A DNA stretch of 64,000 bases from contig OZ241986.1 of assembly GCA_965204375.1 (NCBI GenBank), forward strand, positions 1,984,001 to 2,048,000, read 5' to 3'. The position numbers and the translations under genes were made by a program. This DNA is from Candidatus Latescibacterota bacterium (GTDB lineage Bacteria > Latescibacterota > UBA2968). This document shows positions 40,948 to 50,766 of the stretch, in pieces (the stretch's first letter is position 1; each line of letters opens with the position of its first letter). A model generated the notes under the pieces. The model was not told where the DNA came from. It was given only the letters and a program-made list of their open reading frames with translations, and did not search any database.

Positions 40948-43198
40948 TGTTCTTTAGAAAACATCAACGCGATCGTACGCGTCAGACAAGACAACAGTGG
41001 AAACAGCGGGGCAAGCAAGCCTTCCGCATTGTGTTAATGCTCGCCCTCTTAGGCGTACTAACCGTCTTATTTCCCACGCAACGGCAGTACGAGTACAGTG
41101 CCTTCCGCGAAGGCGCGATTGCGCCAGATGAAGTCATTGCATCCGAATCATTCTCCGTGTACAAAAGCGAAGAGGTATACCAGGATGAAGTCGCAGAAGC
41201 TCGCCGCCAGATTTTGCCAATTTTGCGCTATGATAGCACGGTGCAGCAAAGCAAACTGAATGCATATAAAACATTTTTAAACGACTTAAAAAAACACACT
41301 GGCTCCAGGGTAAGCGAATCGCTCTCACAAGAGCTACGGCTTTCACACCCGGAGATTAGCCCCTGTCGGAATCCACCCTGAAATATCTCGTACCCGTATC
41401 TCGAAGGCGATCAGCCAGCCGCAGTACATTGACCACCGCAGTCGAGAAAATTCTTCAAAGCACCTACCAGAACGGGATTATTGACCGGGAAATAAATACC
41501 GTCGAAGAGGGGTACGCAGAGGTTATACTACTTAATAATGGCTCAGAACGCCAAATTAGCCTTGAAGAACTGGTCGATATAGAAAATTTCACCTCGGGAC
41601 TCCAACAAACCATAGAACAACAATTGCCAAAAGCAAGTTCTATGGAAATGAGAGCGGGCAGTGAACTGATCCTGGCCTACCTATCCCCCAACATTGCCTA
41701 TGACGCTACCGAAACGCAGAGGCGAAGAGATGAGGCAGCCAGCAATGTCTCACGTACCAAACCAGGAACAGTCCTCCAAGGCGAGCGCATTATTGACAAA
41801 CACGACCGCGTAACATCTGACGACATAGATAAACTCAGGTCACTGGCCGAACGTATCAATCAACGCCGCCAGCAAGACCCATTCATCGATCTCATTCAGC
41901 GAGGAGCTGGGCTATCACTTTGCGCGTTGACCCTGATAATATTTTTTGCTTTTCTAAAATTTTATCGTCCTGACCTCTATCGCCCGTCCAAAAACATCGT
42001 ACTGTTTGGTATCATTATTTTAATCCCTACTGCCGTGGCTGATTACGCCGCCCAAACCCAGGCCATATCGCCTTTTCTCATCCCCGTCGCACTATCTGCA
42101 ATGCTGGCAACCGTGCTCTTTGATGCCGTCGTCGGCATGGTGATCACCCTTGTCGTTACAACGCTTTGCGCCAGCATTCTCGGCGAACTCCAATACGGGA
42201 TCATCTTTCTCACCACAGGCATTATTGGCGCATTTTCTGTACATCAGGTGCGCCATCGCAGAGATTTTTACCGTCCTGGTCTGTATCTGATTATCGCTTA
42301 TGCTCTGACAATTACCTCTACGGTCGGACTACTTTTTTCTTATGCCAACACCACCGAGTTTCTCACGGAAATACGCGAGGATTTATTCTGGGGCATTGTG
42401 GCTGCCTGCGGCTCCTTAATCCTCACCATTGGATTACTGCCCGTATTCGAAAGTGTTTTTAATGTCGTAACATCAATGACATTGCTCGAATTGGCGGACT
42501 TAAATCGCCCGCTGATGCGCAATTTGGCCCTTCGCGCTCCTGGCACTTTTAGTCACAGCATAAACATGGCCAATCTCTCGGAAGAAGCCGCGGTCGCAAT
42601 AGGCGCAGACCCCTTGCTCGCACGCGTTGGATGTTATTACCATGATATTGGGAAAATGAGACGCCCGCACTATTTTATAGAAAATCAGCATGGTGTGAAT
42701 CCCCACGATGAGTTGCAACCTCAAATAAGTGCCCTGATTCTCATTTCTCATGTCAGGGACGGAATCGAACTGGCAAAAGAAGAAGGACTCCCTCTGGCAA
42801 TTATTGATCTCATCCCACAGCACCATGGGACTTCGGAAATGACTTCGTTTAAACATCAGGCGCAACTCATAGACGAGCAAGCAGTCCGCGATGCCGACTT
42901 CCTCTATCCTGGTCCCAAACCCCAGACCAAAGAAGCGGGTATTATTAATCTCGCAGACGCTGTTGAATCTGCGACGCGGTCCTTGCCCAACAACGAGCCA
43001 GACGAAATTAAAAAGCTCGTCCAAACAATTGTCAAAGGTCGTTATGATGCTGGGGAATTGGATGAATGCGATCTTACATTGCGCGACCTGACCAGAATCC
43101 AGGAAGCTTTTTTACCCGTCTTACAGGCTTCGCACCACCCTCGAATACCCTATCCTTGGCAAGTGCCACAACAAGAACGCCAGGCCGCGAGCAGATGA
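40944..43198 (+). pseudogene. 7TM-HD/HDIG phosphohydrolase (PgpH-like c-di-AMP phosphodiesterase family) interrupted by a frameshift at about 41360-41378
   Basis: The N-terminal TM/extracellular part (40944-41381) and the remainder (APGTFSHS, YYHDIGK, HHGT, ADAVE) are in different frames. The second frame is open from 41360. Confidence 0.75.
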
Positions 43199-43620
43199 AT
43201 ACACTGGAAATTACAACTTTGGTCAATGTGTGCGGTCTGAATATCCCTCGCTTAGAAGCTGTAGTAAAACAACTTCTTTCAGACAACGAGGTGTGTCTTC
43301 CCATTTCGTGCGTTCTAACCCATGACGCCCATATCCGGCAACTCAACAAAAAATATCGAAATATAGACAAAACAACCGACGTTCTTTCATTTGAGCTTTC
43401 CGACGCGATCCATCCAGAAGCGCATTATTGTGGAGAGATATACATTTCAGTAGATCGCGCACGACAGCAAGCAAAAGCGCATAACCGGTCCCTACAGGCA
43501 GAAATAACCCACTTGACAGTACACGGAACCCTGCATTTGCTGGGATTTGAACACGATACCCCCGAGGGGTACACGCAAATGCAAAACGAAGAAAAAAAAT
43601 ACCTGACTCTGATAGGATAG
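43195..43620 (+). CDS. ybeY: rRNA maturation endoribonuclease YbeY
   Basis: TDVLSF and HGTLHLLGFEH motifs. ATGA overlap with the upstream gene. Confidence 0.93.
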   Translation: MNTLEITTLVNVCGLNIPRLEAVVKQLLSDNEVCLPISCVLTHDAHIRQLNKKYRNIDKTTDVLSFELSDAIHPEAHYCGEIYISVDRARQQAKAHNRSLQAEITHLTVHGTLHLLGFEHDTPEGYTQMQNEEKKYLTLIG

Positions 43621-43655
43621 CCCTTGCTACAAACAATTATTCCCGCGAAAGGAGC

Positions 43656-44972
43656 GTGATTTTTTTGGACGATCCTTGGCCAGCAATCTTTATAACCATC
43701 GCTTCTATTGTCCTGACAGCCGCTTTCTCCAGGCTCGGCTCAATTGTTGTCTCGCGCACAACCCTCGAACGCCTGCACGAAGAAAAAATAGGACGCGCAG
43801 GACTCTACCTCTGGCTCTATCGCTCCCGCGATTTTGTCTCACTAATGGTCTTGCTCGGGCAGACAATCGCCATATCCATAGGTGCGCTGGCACTGCTATC
43901 CATTCTTTTTCAGATGATCAAACCGGGATTCTGGCTGTATCCCGTCGCAGCATTGCTCATCTCACTTTATGTATTTATCGCCCTGATCGTTCGCAGCATT
44001 GTCCCCCCCTATCGGAGGGAAGAGGGATCAGACCGTCCATTACCCTTTTTGCCGTTATGTTTTTTGCCCTTTTACTTTATTCTTGTCCTTCCCACACTGC
44101 TGTTGCAAAAAGCGCAAACTGTCTTCTTGAGTGAAGACGATAGCAGAGCACTAAAAGAAGAAGAATTGCGAAGTATCGTCGAATCGGAAACAGAAGAAGG
44201 CACAATCGAGACAGAAGAAAGAGAAATGATTGAGGGCATCTTTGAATTTGATGAAACAACGGTCAAAGAGGTGATGATCCCGCGCATAGATATAATTTCT
44301 GCCGAGGTAACGGCCACGCCCAAAGAGCTTCTCGAACTAATCCAACAATCCGGGCACTCGCGAATTCCCATCTATGAAGAACGAATCGACAACATCAAAG
44401 GCGTCGTCTATGTCAAAGATATTTTGCTCAATCTGGCGACCAATCAGCCGTGGTCTATTCCAGAGATCATGCGTACGCCATACTTTGTGCCGGAAAATAA
44501 GACACTCGCCGAGTTAATGGCCGAATTTAAGCGCGAAAAAGTACACATGGCGATTGTTGTCGGGGAATATGGCGGCACATCTGGCCTCATTACAATGGAA
44601 GATATTATCGAAGAAATTGTCGGTGAAATTCAAGATGAACACGACGATGAAGAACCGCTTTTTGAATGGCGCGAAAAGGGCAAGATACTCGTCGCAGATG
44701 CGCGCATTGATATCGAAGACCTCAATATCGTACTCAACGTCGAACTGCCACAAGACGGTTACGAAACGCTCGGTGGATTTATATTCAACGTGCTTGGACA
44801 CGTACCTCAGATAGATGAAAATTTAGAACACGAAAATCTACTCATTGAAATCCTCGAAGTCGTAGGACAACGCATTACACAGGTAAAAATTACCAAACGC
44901 GGAGAGCCTTCACAGGGCGAGCCAAAACGCGGTGGAGAGATACAAATGCAAAACGACAAACCGCAGAAATAG
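43656..44972 (+). CDS. CNNM/CorC-HlyC hemolysin-family protein (TM + CBS pair + CorC domain)
   Basis: EVMIPR, GHSRIPIY, EYGGTSGLITMEDIIEEIVGEI and YETLGG motifs. Confidence 0.9.
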   Translation: MIFLDDPWPAIFITIASIVLTAAFSRLGSIVVSRTTLERLHEEKIGRAGLYLWLYRSRDFVSLMVLLGQTIAISIGALALLSILFQMIKPGFWLYPVAALLISLYVFIALIVRSIVPPYRREEGSDRPLPFLPLCFLPFYFILVLPTLLLQKAQTVFLSEDDSRALKEEELRSIVESETEEGTIETEEREMIEGIFEFDETTVKEVMIPRIDIISAEVTATPKELLELIQQSGHSRIPIYEERIDNIKGVVYVKDILLNLATNQPWSIPEIMRTPYFVPENKTLAELMAEFKREKVHMAIVVGEYGGTSGLITMEDIIEEIVGEIQDEHDDEEPLFEWREKGKILVADARIDIEDLNIVLNVELPQDGYETLGGFIFNVLGHVPQIDENLEHENLLIEILEVVGQRITQVKITKRGEPSQGEPKRGGEIQMQNDKPQK

Positions 44973-45027
44973 CTTGACAATAACCCCAAAATCCCGTTCT
45001 TTTTTAGTGCTTATCTGGACATAAGGT

Positions 45028-45104
<77 letters not shown>

Positions 45105-45148
45105 AAAAAATAAGGGAACCGATATTTTTGGTTCCCTTTTATTATTTT
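45105..45148. terminator. Bidirectional intrinsic terminator after tRNA-fMet
   Basis: AAGGGAACC-GATATTTTT-GGTTCCCTT hairpin flanked by A- and T-runs. Confidence 0.7.
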
Positions 45149-45153
45149 AAGCG

Positions 45154-45252
45154 ATCTGTGTAAAACGCTCAAATGAACTGGCCTGATAGGCGGCTAGTTG
45201 TACACCGCTCACTCGCGTTTTTTCTGCGTACATCTGCGTACATCTGCGGATA
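45154..45252 (-). repeat. ~100-bp dispersed repeat with a bulged-hairpin core plus decamer units
   Basis: Minus strand: TATCCGCAGATGTACGCAGATGTACGCAG-AAAAAACGCGAGTGAGC-GGTG-TAC-AACTAGCC-GCCTATCA-GGCCAGTT-CATT-TGAGCGTTTTACACAGAT. Confidence 0.85.
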
Positions 45253-45255
45253 CTT

Positions 45256-45633
45256 TCAACCATCGAGCAAGGACCGAAACGCAGCTTTGAAATTGTGTGG
45301 TGCGCTCCGCCAGAGTTGAATCCCCTCAATAATATCATCGGTCTCTGATTTAAATATCGGTTGCAATGCTTTCCTCAGTTCGGCGATCTGTATTGTTTCC
45401 CGGCCGGTTTTTTGATCCGTCAACAAATCTTCGACACTTCTGCCCAACACATCTGCAATTTTTGCCAACACGGGAATTGACCCACGCTGCTTGCCCTTTC
45501 GGATATCGCTGAAATAGGGCGCACTAATCCCAACCATTTTGGCAATTTCCTGGCCCTGTAAACCCGATTCGCGTTGCCAGCGCTGAATCTTCTCACCTGC
45601 TATTTGCTTATCGTAAAGCTCTCGCCTTGTCAT
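45256..45633 (-). CDS. XRE/Cro-type helix-turn-helix regulator
   Basis: GLQGQEIAKMVGISAPYFSDIRKGK...LAKIADVLG. ATGA overlap with the upstream methyltransferase. Confidence 0.8.
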   Translation of the reverse strand: MTRRELYDKQIAGEKIQRWQRESGLQGQEIAKMVGISAPYFSDIRKGKQRGSIPVLAKIADVLGRSVEDLLTDQKTGRETIQIAELRKALQPIFKSETDDIIEGIQLWRSAPHNFKAAFRSLLDG

Positions 45634-46391
45634 GTATACACTCCTTTTTTCAAGTGAGAATGCTTCTCCACCTCGACCAACCACGCAATGTCGTTCAGGT
45701 CGTGAAACGCTATATCCTCTGCCCTAATGCCACACGCACCGAGATTGGACGCGATGCTATCTTCCGTCCACCTTGCAGACCAAAAACCTTCGGCAGTCGC
45801 CACAAATCGCGATCCCAGAGGCGTCACAACGCGCTGCCCTGTATGCACGTAGAAATCGACTTGCGCGGCCTCAGTTTTCGGCACATCCTTATACATAGTG
45901 AAAAATGCGGAACCGCCGATTTTCAGAGCGCGATAAAAACGAGAAATCGTCCGGATAAACCGCGGATTGCGGTCGAGATAGGCATCGGTGTACAGGCTGA
46001 GATCATCGGACTTATCCCTGATATTGCCCGGGGTGAAATACAAGCAGAAAACGAGATCGTAAAACGCTTCCTCAACCACTGCCTCTGCGGCATCGCCTAT
46101 AAATATCTGTGCGTTGTCAATGCATTCTTTTTTCCACAGCGCGCGTGCGTCTTCAGCCATTTCGGGCGATATTTCAAAGCCGTGATACAAAAGACAGTGC
46201 GGCGCGAATAGAACGGCGTGATAGCCATTGCCACACCCAATATCCGCAATTTTGTATGGGCCATGCCGAAGCCTCTCGCTGAGCATCTTGTCTTGCCTCT
46301 GCCGAGCCTGCCTGATCGGTTCGGGACAATAGGACGACTCAAGCGCGCGCTTGACGGCTTCATTTTCGGATTCCAGCGATATATTGCTCAC
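45630..46391 (-). CDS. Class I SAM-dependent methyltransferase
   Basis: IADIGCGNG, GFEISPEM, GDA and YDLVFC motifs. Confidence 0.8.
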   Translation of the reverse strand: MSNISLESENEAVKRALESSYCPEPIRQARQRQDKMLSERLRHGPYKIADIGCGNGYHAVLFAPHCLLYHGFEISPEMAEDARALWKKECIDNAQIFIGDAAEAVVEEAFYDLVFCLYFTPGNIRDKSDDLSLYTDAYLDRNPRFIRTISRFYRALKIGGSAFFTMYKDVPKTEAAQVDFYVHTGQRVVTPLGSRFVATAEGFWSARWTEDSIASNLGACGIRAEDIAFHDLNDIAWLVEVEKHSHLKKGVYT

Positions 46392-46682
46392 GTATTTCCT
46401 TTTTTGGTTTTGTTCAGGTGATTAAATTATTCATGCAGAAATCTATTATGCGGGTCAAGTTGTAAATATCGACTATTTATATATCTCCATCTCATAACTG
46501 TATCAATTTTACAACACATGTGCGAAAAAGGCACATATTTTATTTTCTCTTTCAAATGTCACAGTATGATACAAATAATATAAAAACAGGAATTTATATT
46601 ATTTTTTCTAAAAAGCAATTTGCGGCACAAATTTTGCTTATACAATAATCCAGCCGGGGTCACACATTTCCAGGAGGTTACC

Positions 46683-47597
46683 ATGTCATATATCCGACTG
46701 TTTTTGCTCGCCGCTCTCGTCTGCTTGCCCGTCACTGCATCATCTGCACCGCACACTGAATCCCCGCTCAAAAAATCCAAAGCCCAATTATCAGGTTCAA
46801 TAACCAATGGTGTCATTGACACCAACTCCAACGGAAAAATAATTATCTACATCCCCGAAGGCACTATTTCGCTTCCGACTGATTCGCTCTCCACAGCACC
46901 CAAAGGACCATCCGGCCCCTATGCCCCTTGCATTATCGGTGGTCCGGGGCAATCAGTTTTTAGTAATCCAGCCAGACTATCGCCCGTATATACACCGCTT
47001 CCAGACCCGATGGAATTGCTCAATCACATCGGAATTTTCTTTTCAACAGCCAGTGGCGGATTTGGCTCTCGCATCAATTACGATCATAAAGTATCCCCAA
47101 ACACGCGCTTTACCGCCAGTCCAGAATTTCTCACCTATAGCTTGTCCAGAGCCAGCACTATTCTGGGGGATCTTATGCCCTCAGGCACAACGCGGATTAC
47201 CTTGATCACCATACCCATCGGTCTCCAACGCCACTTTGCGCCCAAATCGCGCGCCAATCCCCATATTGGATTTGGATTTGGTCCCATCATCCGGCTGGAT
47301 CACCGCTCACATCGACTGGGGTACTACGGGAATAATTTGGGTTTAGACAGAATAGTTCGCAATAGACATAACAGCCTCAACCTTACGGTACCTCTTACCC
47401 TCGATGATTTCCCAAATACCTCCTTGACCCTGGGCGGCCATCTCGCTTCTGGTCTGAATATCCATTTCGGCGCGAAAAAAAATCTCGCCCTCACCATTGA
47501 AGGCCGCTACACCCTGGCTCGATTCATCGACGCGATGGGTTCACCCGGCGATTTTAGTGGTCTCTCTCTTGCTATAGGATTTGGAAAAGCGTTTTAA
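46683..47597 (+). CDS. Secreted/outer-membrane beta-barrel-like hypothetical protein
   Basis: GGAGG RBS, signal peptide, alternating beta strands (PHIGFGFG, LTIEGRY, GLSLAIGFGKAF) and a terminal Phe. Confidence 0.65.
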   Translation: MSYIRLFLLAALVCLPVTASSAPHTESPLKKSKAQLSGSITNGVIDTNSNGKIIIYIPEGTISLPTDSLSTAPKGPSGPYAPCIIGGPGQSVFSNPARLSPVYTPLPDPMELLNHIGIFFSTASGGFGSRINYDHKVSPNTRFTASPEFLTYSLSRASTILGDLMPSGTTRITLITIPIGLQRHFAPKSRANPHIGFGFGPIIRLDHRSHRLGYYGNNLGLDRIVRNRHNSLNLTVPLTLDDFPNTSLTLGGHLASGLNIHFGAKKNLALTIEGRYTLARFIDAMGSPGDFSGLSLAIGFGKAF

Positions 47598-47615
47598 AAA
47601 CCACCACATAAAATC

Positions 47616-47657
47616 AAAAATGGGACGCATCGGGTAAATGATGGGTCCCTTTTTTTA
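47616..47657 (+). terminator. Intrinsic terminator
   Basis: GGGACGCATC...GATGGGTCCC hairpin with a T-run. Confidence 0.55.
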
Positions 47658-47696
47658 AAACGCCATTGATTTTAAAACATATCTACAATTCCCTTC

Positions 47697-47751
47697 TTGA
47701 CAGTACTCTATATTTAGTGCTATAATTTGGACAACACACAATATCATGTTG
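47697..47751 (+). promoter_or_regulatory. nrdR sigma70 promoter with tandem NrdR boxes
   Basis: TTGACA (47697)-18 bp-TATAAT (47721). Boxes ACTCTATATTTAGTGC (47705-47720) and ACACAATATCATGTTG (47736-47751) are 31 bp apart. Confidence 0.7.
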
Positions 47752-47775
47752 ATTTTAAGAAAGGAATCCTATCTT

Positions 47776-48228
47776 ATGAAATGTCCTTATTGTGGCGTGA
47801 TCGAAGACAAGGTGGTCGATTCCAGATCGAGTAAAGAAGGCACCGCCATTCGACGACGCCGAGAATGCCTGGGGTGTGAACGTCGATTTACGACCTACGA
47901 ATACATCGAAGACACCCCTCTCACCGTTATCAAATCCGATGGCCGGCGCGAAATCTTTGACAAAAACAAACTCATAGACAAAATCCGACTCTCCTGCACC
48001 AAACGTCCGATCTCAACAACTCAGATCGAAGAAATCGCCGACCGAATCGAAGATCAACTCGTAAGCAGAGGCGAACGCGAAATAGAAGCCAAACAGCACA
48101 TTGGCGAACTTGTCATGACAGAACTCAAACGCCTCGACGATGTCGCCTACGTGCGTTTTGCCTCTGTGTACCGCCAATTCAAAGACCTCAGCGATTTTGA
48201 AAAAGAACTGCGGCAATTTGAAAGGTGA
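47776..48228 (+). CDS. nrdR: Transcriptional repressor NrdR
   Basis: MKCPYC, DSR, IRRRREC..C..RFTTYE, ATP-cone and [10 protein letters not shown]. Confidence 0.96.
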   Translation: MKCPYCGVIEDKVVDSRSSKEGTAIRRRRECLGCERRFTTYEYIEDTPLTVIKSDGRREIFDKNKLIDKIRLSCTKRPISTTQIEEIADRIEDQLVSRGEREIEAKQHIGELVMTELKRLDDVAYVRFASVYRQFKDLSDFEKELRQFER

Positions 48229-48248
48229 GATGTAAAAGAGCCCGTTCA

Positions 48249-48854
48249 TCATTCACCCGCTTTTACTTCCCTTTCCAAAAACTTTGCTTTCCCATCATGA
48301 CAAGTCTGGCACGTTGCGGGCTTGCCCGTTTTAATATCCAATAAGCGATCCGTAAACTTCTCCATCATCATGCGTGCAACAACCTTATTGGACGTAGGCG
48401 TAACCGGATCGAGCCGGCCATCGCGCCTTCTCACATGGCAATAGTCGCATGCCTTTACACCCAATGCTTTCTGCATTTCTTTCATCATCGCCACAATTTC
48501 TCCACGCGACATGCCCGCCAACCGCGAAGGCTTAGCTGCACTCGTATCGCGCGCCACAAACCGCGCCGTACCCGTGTGGCAAAAAGCACAATCAATTGAT
48601 TTTCCCGCTGTTGTAACCAGACCATCCACAAAATGATGCTTCATATAAAGTGCTGTTTTCTTCAACGGAGATGGTGCTTTGTAATCGCGTTCACCTGCCT
48701 CATTCACAGACGGATGGCAATACTCGCATTTTACCCCCAGAGCTTTAGAAATCGCCTCCATACCCTCCTCGCTCGTATCCAGAACGTGGTGATCATCCGC
48801 GTGTATATCGGTCCAAAGCAATATAACTGCACAGCAAAAAACAAAGCGTCTCAC
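48249..48854 (-). CDS. Periplasmic tetraheme c-type cytochrome (photosynthetic reaction-centre cytochrome c/PufC-like fold)
   Basis: Signal peptide, CEYCH, CAFCH, CDYCH and CQTCH, in two repeated M..I/M.KALGV.C.YCH...A..M units. Confidence 0.78.
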   Translation of the reverse strand: MRRFVFCCAVILLWTDIHADDHHVLDTSEEGMEAISKALGVKCEYCHPSVNEAGERDYKAPSPLKKTALYMKHHFVDGLVTTAGKSIDCAFCHTGTARFVARDTSAAKPSRLAGMSRGEIVAMMKEMQKALGVKACDYCHVRRRDGRLDPVTPTSNKVVARMMMEKFTDRLLDIKTGKPATCQTCHDGKAKFLEREVKAGE

Positions 48855-50209
48855 AAAGCCCCTCTCACGACTCGACCATCCACTCCATCAGGGCTTTCCA
48901 GCCCCAACAGAGCCATCATCGTAGGCAAAATATCCATCACCGTCGCGTCATCAGACGCCAAACCAGGCGCATTGGCAAACCACAGCGCATCATCGAAGGT
49001 ATGTGTGCCATTCACCGGGCTGGATTCAAACAAAACGCGCTTTTCAAAACTGCCCTTCAAATCGTATCCCTGCGCAGGCACTGCCATAAGATCGGGTGCC
49101 GCATCGAGGTCGTCACCAACAAATGCCTCTTCGCGCATCAACACGCGATCAATAACTGCTGTCCCACCATCGGGATCGCGAATTTCCATCAGCGCATCTG
49201 CCACATCTCGCCGAACCTGCTCGTATTCAGCACCTGCCTGCACGCACCCCTCGCGCTCTCTGCCCTTTAGATTCACGTAAAATCGCCCGGGCAACAATGA
49301 ATAACACCGCGTTCGGGGATCCAGGTCTCTCAACTGCTTTGGTTCAGGCGATGCAAAAGACAACAGCCCCATCTGTTGCAGCCAAAAATTCAAATGCACC
49401 TCGCGCTCTAAAGTACAAAAACCGTGATCCGACACAATCATGAGCAACGTATTGCTGTATAACCGCGAAACCAGTTCCCCAATGATTTCATCTACACGTG
49501 CGTAAAACCGATTAAACCATGTGGTGTACGACACATCTCCTCGTTCCACATCGCCCCAGAGAAAGTGGTGCAACCGGTCGGTATCCATAAAATGCGCTAC
49601 AAATAAATCCCATGATTCCTGGGCGTAATACTTGAACATAGCCTCTGCACGTCGGTCGAGTGCCCAGAAGATCTCGTCGAGAAATTTCTGACGATTTTCC
49701 CGCGCTTGCCAAGCGTCAATATCGATCAAATACCCCATGGATTCCAGTTCAGAAGCTATCGCAGGCGGATAGGTTGCCCGCTTCAAATCGGGTGACAGAA
49801 AGCCCGAAATCAAGATACCATTGACTTTTCGTGGGGGAAAAGTAGTGGGCACACCCATAGAAAAAACTCGCTGTCCCATAGTGCTAAACAGATCAACCCA
49901 CGTCCTGCTTCGCAACGTTCTCGAAGATGGAATAAACATCTCATACGTTTGGGGGACACGGTCAATAAATCCAAAAATCCCGTGCTTGCCGGGGTTGCAA
50001 CCCGTCGCAATTGATGCCCATGCAGTTGACGATACCGTAGGCAACACCGACGTCATAGACATCAGAGACCCATGAACGATCAACTGCTGAAAATTGGGCA
50101 TAATCCCCTCGGCAATCAAACGTTGCAACAGGCTATGTGGCATGCCATCCAGACCCAGAACAACGACGCGACTAAATTTGGCTCTATTTCGCCGAAAAAA
50201 ATTAAGCAT
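48851..50209 (-). CDS. Alkaline-phosphatase-superfamily phosphodiesterase/nucleotide pyrophosphatase
   Basis: GLDG, TGCNPGKHGIFGF, DRLHHFLW, SDHGF and DILPT motifs. Confidence 0.85.
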   Translation of the reverse strand: MLNFFRRNRAKFSRVVVLGLDGMPHSLLQRLIAEGIMPNFQQLIVHGSLMSMTSVLPTVSSTAWASIATGCNPGKHGIFGFIDRVPQTYEMFIPSSRTLRSRTWVDLFSTMGQRVFSMGVPTTFPPRKVNGILISGFLSPDLKRATYPPAIASELESMGYLIDIDAWQARENRQKFLDEIFWALDRRAEAMFKYYAQESWDLFVAHFMDTDRLHHFLWGDVERGDVSYTTWFNRFYARVDEIIGELVSRLYSNTLLMIVSDHGFCTLEREVHLNFWLQQMGLLSFASPEPKQLRDLDPRTRCYSLLPGRFYVNLKGREREGCVQAGAEYEQVRRDVADALMEIRDPDGGTAVIDRVLMREEAFVGDDLDAAPDLMAVPAQGYDLKGSFEKRVLFESSPVNGTHTFDDALWFANAPGLASDDATVMDILPTMMALLGLESPDGVDGRVVRGAL

Positions 50210-50285
50210 CTATCTACCTTAAAATAAAACAGGGCTTTTAACCCCTTGTATATAGAAGCTAAAAGCCCAAGACATAGTAAAAATA

Positions 50286-50363
50286 TGGGGTGAGTGAGGG
50301 GATTTGAACCCCCGACCTCCTGGGCCACAACCAGGCGCTCTGACCGACTGAGCTACACCCACC
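50286..50363 (-). tRNA. tRNA-His(GTG)
   Basis: Encoded G-1, anticodon arm CCTGG-TTGTGGC-CCAGG, GGTTCAAATCC T-arm, CCA. Confidence 0.95.
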
Positions 50364-50378
50364 ACACAAAACGCAAAA

Positions 50379-50452
50379 CACTCCCGGCAGGGCTCGAACC
50401 TGCGACCTACTGCTTAGAAGGCAGTTGCTCTATCCAGCTGAGCTACGGGAGC
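50379..50452 (-). tRNA. tRNA-Arg(TCT), CCA not encoded
   Basis: GCTCCCG/CGGGAGT acceptor stem, anticodon arm ACTGC-CTTCTAA-GCAGT, GGTTCGAGCC T-arm. Confidence 0.95.
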
Positions 50453-50519
50453 AAAAGACCCCGCCCTTGAGGATTCTTCAAGGGTTAAGCGAATACCAGA
50501 CACATCCTATTTGAGAGCA

Positions 50520-50548
50520 AAATTATCATATTAATCAAAAAGTGTCAA
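50520..50548 (-). promoter_or_regulatory. Sigma70 promoter for tRNA-Arg/tRNA-His
   Basis: Minus strand TTGACA-17 bp-TAATTT. Confidence 0.6.
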
Positions 50549-50766
50549 GCAAAAGTAATGTCTCCTGCTCCTCCCCCTGTCTAAACCGCAATCCCTGATC
50601 TGTCTTCGAAGATCCCTCGCAAGGCGGCAGACCCAGGCGATACGTGGCAGATTTTACACTTCATTTTGCGCCAAATTCCAGTTTTTTTTTGAACTTGACA
50701 ACCATTCTTTCCCTGATGATATTTTCTTAATACCCGATTCTTCATCCCGAGATTACTGGTCCGCAC

